Source: Bacteroidales bacterium (GTDB taxonomy: Bacteria > Bacteroidota > Bacteroidia > Bacteroidales > P3). Taken from it: a stretch of DNA of 64,000 bases. The DNA is taken from positions 8,452 through 72,451 of the forward strand of contig JAFTDW010000006.1 in the NCBI GenBank assembly GCA_017454015.1. Reading direction: 5' to 3'. A program made the translations under genes and the position numbers. Below, one piece after another: positions 45,663-54,822 of the stretch. The notes under the pieces are model-generated. The model saw only the letters and a list, made by a program, of their open reading frames with translations. It was not told the origin of the DNA and made no database searches. Position 1 is the stretch's first letter. Every line of letters starts with the position of its first letter.

Positions 45663-46280
45663 TTGCAACATGGTTATTTTAATGTGATTTGTCGCCGTGT
45701 ATTGTATATAGCTTTGTTCACTGTGTGTGCCGTACTGTCTGTTGTCAAGGCATCGGCGCAGCGGCCGTTGGTGCAGCTGTGCTATATAGTCGATGGCGAC
45801 ACTCTGCCACATTACGACCTGCCCGCCGTGGTGGTCGCGGCTCCCTATGCGCTGCTCACCGCCGAGGAGATACGCCGCAACCAGAAGCTTATACGCAATG
45901 TGCGCAAGACGCTCCCCTACGCTCGCATGGCCAAGTCGCGCCTCGACGAGCTGGAGAAGCGTGCCTCCGGCATGACGCCCAAGCAGCGCAAGGAGGTGAT
46001 GAAGCAGACCGAGAAGGAGATACTCGATGAGTTCAGCGAAGAGCTGAAGAAACTTACCTTTTCACAGGGCAAGGTGTTGCTGAAACTTATTGACAGGGAG
46101 ACAGGCACCACCTCGTATGTCCTGGTGGGCGAGTTGCGCGGCAAGATGCGTGCCTCGTTCTACCAGACGTTTGCGCGTATCTTCGGCTATAACCTCAAAG
46201 CCCATTTCGACCCGAAGCACAACAAGGAGGACGACCTGATAGACCGCATAGTGCGTGCCATAGAGCTCGGGCGGCTATGA
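45663..46280 (+). CDS. Secreted hypothetical protein (DUF4294-like)
   Basis: Signal peptide followed by a Lys/Glu-rich helical protein. The family name is from memory and unverified. The start (TTG at 45663 or GTG at 45684) is uncertain. Confidence 0.4.
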   Translation: MQHGYFNVICRRVLYIALFTVCAVLSVVKASAQRPLVQLCYIVDGDTLPHYDLPAVVVAAPYALLTAEEIRRNQKLIRNVRKTLPYARMAKSRLDELEKRASGMTPKQRKEVMKQTEKEILDEFSEELKKLTFSQGKVLLKLIDRETGTTSYVLVGELRGKMRASFYQTFARIFGYNLKAHFDPKHNKEDDLIDRIVRAIELGRL

Positions 46281-46961
46281 TGCTTGGTAGAGTCGGCAGA
46301 CTCCTAAGGTGAGGCTTGTGTCATTTATGTTGCTGAACCCTGCCTTCATGAGGCGAGGGGAGAGCTCTTCGGGCTTTGGAAACCGCAATATGGAGTGTGG
46401 CAGGTAGCGGTAGGCTTTGCGGTTGCCCGAGAGGAGTCCGCAGGCCAGCGGTATTATGTGCAGGGCGTAGAGCTTGTAGAGGGCTGTCAGCACAGGGCTG
46501 TCGGGGTAGGAGAGTTCGAGAGCCACCAGCTTGCCGCCTTTGCGCAGCACCCGTCGCATCTCGCGCAGGCCTGCGTCGAGGTCGTCGAAGTTGCGCATGC
46601 CAAAGGCCACGCACACTGCGTCGGCCACGCCGTCGGGCATGGGCAGCGACATGGCGTCGCCTTCTTTCATTATTATCTGTCCGTCGAGTCCCGCGGCGTG
46701 GACTTTCTCACGTCCTACCTGCAGCATGGCGGGCGACAGGTCTATGCCTACAACCTTGCTGTCGGGCTGAGCCTTGGCTATGGCTATTGCCATGTCGGCG
46801 GTGCCTGTGGCCACGTCGACAACGGTGGCGCCCTGCGTCAGGCCGTCACAAAGTTGTTTCACCGCCTTCCTGCGCCACCGCAGGTCCTGCCACAGCGACA
46901 TAAGCCTGTTGAGGCGGTCGTAGTTGGGGGCTATGTCGTTGAAGAGCTCGGTGGTGGGCAT
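46275..46961 (-). CDS. ubiE: Demethylmenaquinone methyltransferase (UbiE/MenG)
   Basis: N-terminal YDRLNRLMSLWQDLRWRR and the SAM motif VVDVATGTADMA. Adjacent to menA. Confidence 0.85.
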   Translation of the reverse strand: MPTTELFNDIAPNYDRLNRLMSLWQDLRWRRKAVKQLCDGLTQGATVVDVATGTADMAIAIAKAQPDSKVVGIDLSPAMLQVGREKVHAAGLDGQIIMKEGDAMSLPMPDGVADAVCVAFGMRNFDDLDAGLREMRRVLRKGGKLVALELSYPDSPVLTALYKLYALHIIPLACGLLSGNRKAYRYLPHSILRFPKPEELSPRLMKAGFSNINDTSLTLGVCRLYQAS

Positions 46962-47029
46962 TGGGTGGAGGGGTTTTAGGGATATAAGGTTTAGAGGTTG
47001 TAAGGTTTTAGGGTTTAAAGGTTATAAGG

Positions 47030-47935
47030 TTATAAGGTTATGCTGATGAGCAGGGCGAGTAGGAAGGTGCTAATTACGAGCAGTGGCAGCATGGCGTCGA
47101 GGGCGCGCTCCTCGCGGTGCCAAACCCCGTGGAGATGCATCGTGTAGAGCGGCATGGTGAGCAGGCATAGCCACTGGTGCCATGTCGTGGCGGTCAGTGC
47201 TATGTATATTATGACAAGAGCCCACCCCGTGGTGATGAGCAAGGTTTGGTATATCCTGGCTTTGCGGACGCCTATGAGCAGCGGCACTGTGAGGCGTGTG
47301 GCGCGGTCGGTGGCCATGTCGCGTATGTTGTTGACGTTGAGTACTCCCACGCTGAACAGCCCTATTGCTGAGGCAGGCAATAGCATCTGCGCCTCCAAGC
47401 GGTGGGCGACAACGAAATAGCTGCCGCATACCGCTACCAGTCCAAAGAAGATGAATACAAAAATGTCGCCGAGGGCTCGGTAACCGTAGGGGTGTTTGCC
47501 GAGGGTGTAGTGCATGGCGGCCCATATAGCGGCGGCGCCGAGGAGCAGCATGAGGAGCGGGGTGGGGGTGAGCAGTGTGCCCCAAGAGAGCCACACCATG
47601 ATGGCGCCGCTAAGTGCGCACAGGACGGCCACCACGCCAATGCAGCGTTTGAGCTGGTCAGGGGTGAGGTCGCCGCGTTGCAGGCTGTAGGCAGGGGCTT
47701 GCCGCTGCTGGGTGTCGGTGCCGTGCAGGTAGTCGCCGAGTTCGTTGCTCATGTTGGAGAGCACCTGAAGCAGCACGGTGGTGAGGTAGAGCGTCACCAA
47801 CAGCCACAGGCAACTTGTAGGGCAGGTGTGAAGGGTGTTGGCCTTCAAGGCAAGCAAGGAGCCCAGAAGTACTCCGGCAAGGGAGAGCGGCAGGGTGCGT
47901 AGCCGCATGGATTTCAGTATGGCTGAGGCTGTCAT
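47030..47935 (-). CDS. menA: 1,4-dihydroxy-2-naphthoate polyprenyltransferase
   Basis: UbiA-family Asp-rich motifs (NELGDYLHGTD; NNIRDMATD). The start ATG at 47933-47935 overlaps the upstream TGA (ATGA). The longer tracked ORF (to 48220) is rejected. Confidence 0.8.
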   Translation of the reverse strand: MTASAILKSMRLRTLPLSLAGVLLGSLLALKANTLHTCPTSCLWLLVTLYLTTVLLQVLSNMSNELGDYLHGTDTQQRQAPAYSLQRGDLTPDQLKRCIGVVAVLCALSGAIMVWLSWGTLLTPTPLLMLLLGAAAIWAAMHYTLGKHPYGYRALGDIFVFIFFGLVAVCGSYFVVAHRLEAQMLLPASAIGLFSVGVLNVNNIRDMATDRATRLTVPLLIGVRKARIYQTLLITTGWALVIIYIALTATTWHQWLCLLTMPLYTMHLHGVWHREERALDAMLPLLVISTFLLALLISITL

Positions 47936-49215
47936 GCTTCGAGGCAGGCGTCGAGTTTGCGGATGATGTCCTCTTTGTCCATGTGTTGGCCTATGAAGAC
48001 AATCTTCTGCATGCGGTCGCCGTAGTACTCGTCCCAGTCGTGGGCAAGGCCTGCGTCGCGCTGCAGCATGAACTGCAGCTGGTCGTCGGGCATGGTGGCG
48101 TACCATTGCCCCGCCTCGACAAACTTGACCTGCACGCCTGCTTGGTCGAAGAGGTACGACATGTCGGTGTCGTGGGAAAAGTAGCACACGCCTTTGGCGC
48201 GTATAACCCCTTTGGGCCATTGCAGGTTGACAAAGCGGTCGAATTTGTCTATGTCGAACGGCTGTCGCCGGTAGTAGAGGAAGGTGCTTATGCCGTATTC
48301 CTCCACTTCGCCGCCATCATGGTCGTGGTGGTGATGATGGTGATGGTGGCCGTGCTCGTGCTCATCGTCATCGTCGTCGTCATCATCGTGGTGATGGTGT
48401 TCGTGGTGGTGGTCGTGCTCATCCTCATCATCTTCGTGGTGGTGATGGTCGGCTCTGGCTTCGCGATCCTCCTCCTCGGAGGTGAGCCTCTCCACGCCAC
48501 GCACCCATCCGGCGGCTCCCGAGGTCTCGTTGTAGTCGAACTTGCCGGTGTCGACAATTGCATTGATAGGCACCATGCCGTAGTCGGTCTCGATAATTTC
48601 CACGCCAGGGTTGAGCTGGTCTATGATACGGCACAGACGTTGGGCATCATCGGCGTTTACTTCAGATATTTTGTTGAGCACCACTTTGTTGCAGAACTCT
48701 ATCTGTTGTATCAGCAGGTTCTCTATGTCCTCCTCGCCTATTGTCGACCCCAGCAGCTTGTCGCCGTTGTCAAACTCGCTCTGCATGCGCAGGGCGTCGA
48801 CCACGGTGACTATGCAGTCGAGGCGCACGGTGCCCCCTTGGTTGTATTGTTCGCCCATAGTGGGTATTGAGCAGATGGTGCGTGCTATAGGCTCAGGTTC
48901 GCAGATGCCGCTGGCCTCTATGACAATGTAGTCGAAACGCCCAATACGCTGTATGTCGTTGAGCTGTTCCACGAGGTCCATCTTGAGGGTGCAGCAGATG
49001 CAGCCGTTTTGCAATGCCACGAGGCTTTCGTCTTTCTTGCCCACCACGCCGCCGCGCTCTATGAGGGAGGCGTCGAGGTTGACTTCGCCGATGTCGTTGA
49101 CTATCACGGCGAAGCGGATGCCGTGGTTGTTGGAGAGTATGTGGTTGACCATCGTGGTCTTGCCACTGCCGAGGTAGCCGGTGAGGAGCAGTATTGGGGT
49201 GATTCGTTCAGGCAT
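47932..49215 (-). CDS. COG0523-family (CobW/ZigA-like) metallochaperone GTPase with a long His/Asp-rich insert
   Basis: P-loop GYLGSGKTT, a CICC metal motif, and a run of more than 50 aa of H/D/E (about nt 48290-48450). Confidence 0.85.
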   Translation of the reverse strand: MPERITPILLLTGYLGSGKTTMVNHILSNNHGIRFAVIVNDIGEVNLDASLIERGGVVGKKDESLVALQNGCICCTLKMDLVEQLNDIQRIGRFDYIVIEASGICEPEPIARTICSIPTMGEQYNQGGTVRLDCIVTVVDALRMQSEFDNGDKLLGSTIGEEDIENLLIQQIEFCNKVVLNKISEVNADDAQRLCRIIDQLNPGVEIIETDYGMVPINAIVDTGKFDYNETSGAAGWVRGVERLTSEEEDREARADHHHHEDDEDEHDHHHEHHHHDDDDDDDDEHEHGHHHHHHHHDHDGGEVEEYGISTFLYYRRQPFDIDKFDRFVNLQWPKGVIRAKGVCYFSHDTDMSYLFDQAGVQVKFVEAGQWYATMPDDQLQFMLQRDAGLAHDWDEYYGDRMQKIVFIGQHMDKEDIIRKLDACLEA

Positions 49216-49295
49216 GGTTGGTGTTGGTAGTTTTCTTTTTTTTGCTCGTTATTACGTTATCACGAAATCACGTAATTACGAAATCGCGATATTTG

Positions 49296-51923
49296 TTATT
49301 CAGTGGTGGTGCTGTAGTCGGTTCCGTCGGTGCGGGCTTGGCGTTCGAGTTCCATCTTGCCGAAGCGCAGTGTGATACCGGCGGCAATGTAGCGGCTGTT
49401 GAGGTTGCGGCTGTTGCTGCTGGAGAGGAAGTAGGGGTTGGTGTTGCCGCTGGTGGAGCCGTAGCGTCCGCCCCAGTTGAAGATGTCCTGCACGTTGAGG
49501 AACACCGAGAGTTTGCGCTTGAAGAAGTCGCTGCGCACACCCATGTTGAGCGAGTAGCGCTCGCCCCTCACGCTCATCAGGCCGAGCGACTTGGAGTTGT
49601 AGTTGGCGCTCATGGTGAACTGGTACTGGTCGAATATCTTTGCCCAGGCGTTGACGCGGATACTCCACGACACCATGTCGTTCTGGTCGGTCTTCTGCAC
49701 GCCGCCGCGCATATATTCCATGCGGTAGCCGTAGTCGTAGACGTTGGCGTACATACGCACGTTGAAGAAGCCTGTGGGGCGGTAGGTCATGTTGATGGAG
49801 CTGCCGTAGCGCCACGAGGTGCCCATATTATAAGGTATGGAGTAGCTCACTATGCGCTCCAGGTAGTCGTCGTATTCGGCATCGGTGAGCGAGCTTATCT
49901 CGTTGGTGCTCAGTCTGCCGTAGCCTTCAATGCCAATGTTGCCGAAACGCTCGAAGAACTTCTGCCAGCCAGCCTCCACGTTGTGGGTGTAGCAGGGCTT
50001 CAGGCCGTCGCGGTTGCCCGTGCGGTAGCTGTCCTCGCCGTAGATGCGCATCTTGGTGACATCCATCTCGCCTGGGTGCGACATGCGCATGGAGTAGTTG
50101 AGCTTGAGGTTGTGCATGGACTGGGTGCGGTAGCTTAAGTGGATGGATGGGCGCAGCGAGTGGGTGAAGAAGGTGCTGTCGTCGACAAATGGAGTCTCGC
50201 TGTAACTGTAGTAGGTGCGTCCGAGGCCGTAGCCGAGGCCGCTGCTGAGGGTGAAGCCGCCCCAGCGGTGGGTCCAGTTGACGTCGGCGTTGACGGAGGT
50301 CTCAGCTCCGCGGAAATTGTATTGGCGCAGTGCGTCGACGCTGTCGTAGCTCTTTCCGCCGTCGGTGGAGTAGGAGCGCTGGTAGCTGTTGTTGGTCTGC
50401 CCATGGTCGGCGCGGAGGCCGTAGCTCATCTCGCCGTCCTTGGAGTAGGGGCGGTTGTAGCGTGCGTCGAAGCTGATGCCGTAGTTTTTGTTGTCAGTGA
50501 GCAGGTAGCGGTTCTCGTCGAGGTCTGTGTAGCGTGTGTAGAGGCGGTCGTACCACTCGTTGCTGTAGTTGTGGGAGTTGCGGGCATTCAGACCCAAGCG
50601 CAGGTTGTGCCCCTCGTTGTCGAACTTCTTGGTGTAGTCAAGGCCGGCATGGGTGAACATCGAGCGCGACCGTGTGGAGTCGCCTATGCCGTAGGCCAGT
50701 ATGCTGTCTATGTCGAGGGGATAGTATATCTGCTCCACGTTGCGCTCTGACAGGCTGTAGCCCCTGTTGGCGAAGCCTCCCATGTTGGCGGAAATCTCGC
50801 TGGAGGAGTCTATCTCGTAGTTGACGCTCATGAAGAAGTTGCCGCCGAGGGAGCGGTTCTTTGACGTGCTGCTGTCGGTCTGGTGCAGCGTGGTGTCGTA
50901 TTCGCCCTGTGTGCTGCCATCCTTGCGCTGTATGGACCACGAGTTGGTGGCGTTGTTGCGGTAGGTGTAGCGCCCTGCGGCAAAGAGGTTGAAACTCAGG
51001 CGCTCCTTGGCCCACATGTAGCTCACCCACGGCCCTACAAAGGGCTGGTTGCTGCCGTTGACACCAAAGGAGACAAACTGGTTGCTCTTGATATGGGCCT
51101 CGGTGACTATGTTGATGACCGCCTCGGCGTCGGTGGCGTATTTCGCCGACGGGTTGGTGATGGTCTCTATGCGTGCCAATGCGTTGGCGGGCAGTGTCTG
51201 CAGGTAGGTCTTGAGGTTCTCTTCGGTGAGTTTGGAGGGTTTGTCGTTGATCCATATCTCCACGCTGCTCACTCCGCGCAGCGTGATGTTGCCTTCCACG
51301 TCAACTTCCACGCCAGGCGCGTTCTGGAGCGCGTCCTCGGTGGTTCCAGTCTGTATTGAGGGGTCTTCGCTCACGTTGTACACCATCTTCTCGCCATCCA
51401 TCGCGTAGAGCGGCTTCTCGGCCGTCACCACCACCGTGCGCAACTGCTGGGAGCCTTTGCTCAGCTTTATGGTGCCAAGGGCTGTGTTGTTGGTGACCTC
51501 AAAGACTTTCCATAGGCTTTGGTAGCCTATGCTCGACACGCGGAGGAAGTACTTTCCGGCGGGCACGCCGTCGATTTCAAAGTATCCGCGCTCGTCGCTG
51601 GAGCCGCCTTTCACAAAACTGCTGTCCTCAAAGTTGAGCACGGCGGCATTGACAAACATAAGGCTTTCGCCGCTGACGCTGTCGCGCAGCTGTCCCGTGA
51701 CTTTGAAGGTGGTGCCGCTTTTCACCACTTTCTTTTGCTTCACCTGTTGGGCACGCGGGTCGCCCGACATGTCGCCGCGGTTCCATCCGCCGGGGCGTTC
51801 GCCTCCCGGAGGCGGTCCGCTTGGGCGTCCGCCGGGAAATCCGCCGGGTCGGCCTGGTTGGGCTACACATACGACAGTGGCTATAATCATTATCCACAAC
51901 ACTGAAAGGCTTCTTTTGCTCAT
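49296..51923 (-). CDS. TonB-dependent-receptor-like outer-membrane beta-barrel protein with CarboxypepD_reg domain
   Basis: Signal peptide, Pro/Gly-rich linker, FKVTGQLRDSVSGESLMFVNAAV...GKYFLRVSSIGYQ, and a plug-like NAPGVEVDVEGNITLRG. Confidence 0.75.
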   Translation of the reverse strand: MSKRSLSVLWIMIIATVVCVAQPGRPGGFPGGRPSGPPPGGERPGGWNRGDMSGDPRAQQVKQKKVVKSGTTFKVTGQLRDSVSGESLMFVNAAVLNFEDSSFVKGGSSDERGYFEIDGVPAGKYFLRVSSIGYQSLWKVFEVTNNTALGTIKLSKGSQQLRTVVVTAEKPLYAMDGEKMVYNVSEDPSIQTGTTEDALQNAPGVEVDVEGNITLRGVSSVEIWINDKPSKLTEENLKTYLQTLPANALARIETITNPSAKYATDAEAVINIVTEAHIKSNQFVSFGVNGSNQPFVGPWVSYMWAKERLSFNLFAAGRYTYRNNATNSWSIQRKDGSTQGEYDTTLHQTDSSTSKNRSLGGNFFMSVNYEIDSSSEISANMGGFANRGYSLSERNVEQIYYPLDIDSILAYGIGDSTRSRSMFTHAGLDYTKKFDNEGHNLRLGLNARNSHNYSNEWYDRLYTRYTDLDENRYLLTDNKNYGISFDARYNRPYSKDGEMSYGLRADHGQTNNSYQRSYSTDGGKSYDSVDALRQYNFRGAETSVNADVNWTHRWGGFTLSSGLGYGLGRTYYSYSETPFVDDSTFFTHSLRPSIHLSYRTQSMHNLKLNYSMRMSHPGEMDVTKMRIYGEDSYRTGNRDGLKPCYTHNVEAGWQKFFERFGNIGIEGYGRLSTNEISSLTDAEYDDYLERIVSYSIPYNMGTSWRYGSSINMTYRPTGFFNVRMYANVYDYGYRMEYMRGGVQKTDQNDMVSWSIRVNAWAKIFDQYQFTMSANYNSKSLGLMSVRGERYSLNMGVRSDFFKRKLSVFLNVQDIFNWGGRYGSTSGNTNPYFLSSSNSRNLNSRYIAAGITLRFGKMELERQARTDGTDYSTTTE

Positions 51924-52096
51924 GGTTATTGTTTTAGAGGGTTTAAAGGTTATAAGGTTTAATGGTTATGGGGTTTTTATGGATGGTGGCTATTGTTTGA
52001 TGTTGGATTTATGATTATTTAAAAACTATATTTAAAAAAAAAAATTGTGTGCTGACAGATAAAAAAAACTATTTGTTGCGTTAATTATATTCACCT

Positions 52097-53338
52097 ATGC
52101 TTGAATACACCGAACACTGTCTCGACAACGGCTTGCGATTGATATTGCACCGCGACGTCACCACGCCGCTTGTCTCCGTCAACCTGCTGTATGATGTGGG
52201 CTCGCGCGACGAGGACCCTGACCTCACGGGCTTTGCACACCTTTTTGAGCACCTTATGTTCAGCGGCACCCCCGACAACCCCTCTTACGACACCGTTGTC
52301 AACAGCCTTGGCGGCGAGTCCAATGCCTTCACGGGCAACGATTATACCGACTACTATATCACCGTGCCGGCTCAGGCCCTGCCACAGGCGTTGGCCCTTG
52401 AGGCCGACCGTATGCGCAACCTCGACGTGTCGCAGCATAACCTCGACGTGCAGCGTCAGGTGGTTACCGAGGAGTACACCCAGCGCTACATCAACCAGCC
52501 CTACGGCGACGCCTGGCTGCGGCTGCGCGCCCTTGCCTACACTGTGCATCCGTACCGCTGGTGCCCCATAGGGCGCGACATAGCCCATGTGCAGAACGCC
52601 ACCCTCGGGCAAGTGCGCAGTTTCTACGACACCTACTACCGCCCCAATAACGCCATACTCGCCATTGCCGGCAATTTCGACCCCGTCGAGGCAACCGCGC
52701 TGGTGCATGAACTCTTTGCGCCCATAGCCCCGGCAGCGCGCCCCGTGCGCCACCTGCCCGTGGAGCCCGACATGGCCGAGGACCGCCGCCTGGTGCTGTG
52801 TCGCGACTACCCGTCGGATGCCGTATACATGGCTTTTCTCACCCCTGAGCGGCTGCACCCTCACTTCGTGGCGTGCGACCTGCTGAGCGACATACTCGCC
52901 TCCGGCACCTCCTCCTACCTGCACGAGCGTCTTGTGCGACAGTCGGCTTGTTTCTCCGAGATTGACTGCTGTGTCACCGCCGACGCCGACAGAGGGATGC
53001 TGCTTGTATACGGCAAGGTGTCGGATGACAAAGACCATGCCACCGCCGAGCGCGAACTGCACAATGCGCTGCTCCATTTTGTAGACAGACCTCTCGACGA
53101 AGTTACACTGCAGAAGGTCAAGAACAAGTTCGAGGCCAACCTGTTGCTGCAGCATTACAAAGCCCTCGACAGGGCTGTCGCGCTCTGCCAGTGCGCTTCC
53201 CTCGGCGACACCTCGCTGATCAATACCGAGCCCAAGCGCCTGCTTGCCGTTACCCACGACGAGGTTATGGATATGGCTCGCAGGTTGTTTGCCTCCCATT
53301 CCGCTACAGTGGTATATGAGAGGAAGAAAGGGGTTTGA
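52097..53338 (+). CDS. M16-family (pitrilysin-like) zinc peptidase
   Basis: HxxEH motif (AHLFEHLMF) near the N-terminus, and a typical 413-aa length. Confidence 0.85.
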   Translation: MLEYTEHCLDNGLRLILHRDVTTPLVSVNLLYDVGSRDEDPDLTGFAHLFEHLMFSGTPDNPSYDTVVNSLGGESNAFTGNDYTDYYITVPAQALPQALALEADRMRNLDVSQHNLDVQRQVVTEEYTQRYINQPYGDAWLRLRALAYTVHPYRWCPIGRDIAHVQNATLGQVRSFYDTYYRPNNAILAIAGNFDPVEATALVHELFAPIAPAARPVRHLPVEPDMAEDRRLVLCRDYPSDAVYMAFLTPERLHPHFVACDLLSDILASGTSSYLHERLVRQSACFSEIDCCVTADADRGMLLVYGKVSDDKDHATAERELHNALLHFVDRPLDEVTLQKVKNKFEANLLLQHYKALDRAVALCQCASLGDTSLINTEPKRLLAVTHDEVMDMARRLFASHSATVVYERKKGV

Positions 53339-53418
53339 GGGTTGGAAGGTTAAAAGGTTTGAGGGTTTTAAGGTTAAAGGGTTGGAATGATAAATGATAG
53401 CGATTAAATAGCAATAAG

Positions 53419-54540
53419 ATGGATAGCAATAATACCGGTCGCAATATCAACAAATGGCTTGCCTCCAATAAAATGGGGCAGTTGGTTATAAAACTTTTCA
53501 CCATACTGGGCAATGTTCTCCATGCCATACTCTTCGGGCTGCTTCTTCCCAAGCGCCACCGAGGTCTTACGCGCAAGGACATCTACACAATCATTTTCAA
53601 GTCCGACTCCCCGGAGGGGCGCAAGTTCGACCTCTGGCTACTCGGCCTGATAGGTTTTAACCTGCTGCTTATAATACTCGACAGCGTTCCCAAGCTGCAC
53701 GACAACATAGGCCTGGTTCTCCGTATCCTCGAATGGTGCTGCACCATAGTCTTCACCTTTGAATACTACCTCCGTATATACTGTCTCCGCTATCCGTGGA
53801 AGTATATCTTCTCCTTTTACGGCATCATCGATTTCCTCTCCATCTTTCCCGTCTATCTCAGCATTTTTGTGTCGGCCACGCAGACCCTCTCTGTGCTGCG
53901 CCTGTTGCGTCTGCTGCGCCTTTTCCGCATCCTCAAGCTGCAACGGTTCATCGACGAGAGCGGACGCATACTCTCCGCTCTGCGTCGCAGCATGTACAAG
54001 ACGTTGATATTTATGCTCTTCGTGTTTATCACCGCTGTCATTCTCGGTGCCATAGTCTACACTATAGAGGAGGGCAAGAACCCCAACATCACAAGCATCC
54101 CCCTCGGTGTCTACTGGGCTGTCGTCACACTCACCACCGTGGGCTACGGCGACATATCGCCCGTCACGCCTGTGGGTCAGTTTATCTCCATGGTGGTGAT
54201 GTTGCTCGGCTACTCCATCATAGCGGTGCCTACTGGCATAGTGACTGGCGAGGTGGTCAACGCCCACAACGAGGCCAAGAGCGGCAAGGCGCGCGCCGAG
54301 GCTGCCGAGCAACGGGATTACAAAAAGGAAGACGACGCCGGCGAGGAGACCGTGCAGGAAACGCAGGCCCCCGAGTCCATCGGCGAGCAGCCACACGGCG
54401 GAACGCTCGAGCCAGTGTCGCACTGCCCCCACTGCGGACACGACGAGTTTGATGCCGACGCCATATACTGCAAGCACTGCGGCACTCGCCTCGACCGCAT
54501 CAACAACCGCTCATGGATCAGCGACTTCTTCGCCCAATAG
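53419..54540 (+). CDS. Voltage-gated-type K+ channel with a C-terminal zinc ribbon
   Basis: S4-like VLRLLRLLRLFRILKL, selectivity filter TTVGYGD, and a C-terminal HCPHCGH...(10 aa)...YCKHCG. Confidence 0.85.
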   Translation: MDSNNTGRNINKWLASNKMGQLVIKLFTILGNVLHAILFGLLLPKRHRGLTRKDIYTIIFKSDSPEGRKFDLWLLGLIGFNLLLIILDSVPKLHDNIGLVLRILEWCCTIVFTFEYYLRIYCLRYPWKYIFSFYGIIDFLSIFPVYLSIFVSATQTLSVLRLLRLLRLFRILKLQRFIDESGRILSALRRSMYKTLIFMLFVFITAVILGAIVYTIEEGKNPNITSIPLGVYWAVVTLTTVGYGDISPVTPVGQFISMVVMLLGYSIIAVPTGIVTGEVVNAHNEAKSGKARAEAAEQRDYKKEDDAGEETVQETQAPESIGEQPHGGTLEPVSHCPHCGHDEFDADAIYCKHCGTRLDRINNRSWISDFFAQ

Positions 54541-54822
54541 AAACTTTTGACATATAATTGCCGTTAATTAAGTCATTAATAAATAATTACACTAACAATT
54601 AACGGATATTAATGTTTAGGTTTGACAAATAAACGTTAAATACGTTATGTTTGTTTTAAAAATTAATTTTTAGTGGTCACCCACGTGATTGCGTTTAATT
54701 GGTGATTTTTATGTAAATTTGCATATTGCATATTTGCAGTGCGGTTGCTTTTAAGTGGCTGTATTGTAGTTGTATGTGTCGTAATAAAATAATTATAAAA
54801 CAATAAAAAACAACACCAAGCT

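Noticed and set aside
47936-48220. 95-codon N-terminal extension of the menA ORF
   Set aside because: The extension is Arg/Pro/His-rich and lies entirely inside the COG0523 gene in another frame. The ATG at 47933-47935 gives a normal MenA N-terminus and an ATGA junction.
48290-48450. Apparent DNA tandem repeat (cat/cac/gac/gat triplets)
   Set aside because: It is in frame inside the COG0523 gene and encodes the His/Asp-rich metal-binding tract. It is coding low complexity, not a non-coding repeat.
53304-53582. 92-aa minus-strand ORF with a repetitive FNLKTLKPFNLPTLKP sequence
   Set aside because: The repetitive peptide is just the translation of the AACCCTT-type tract at 53336-53395, and the ORF overlaps the K+ channel start region.
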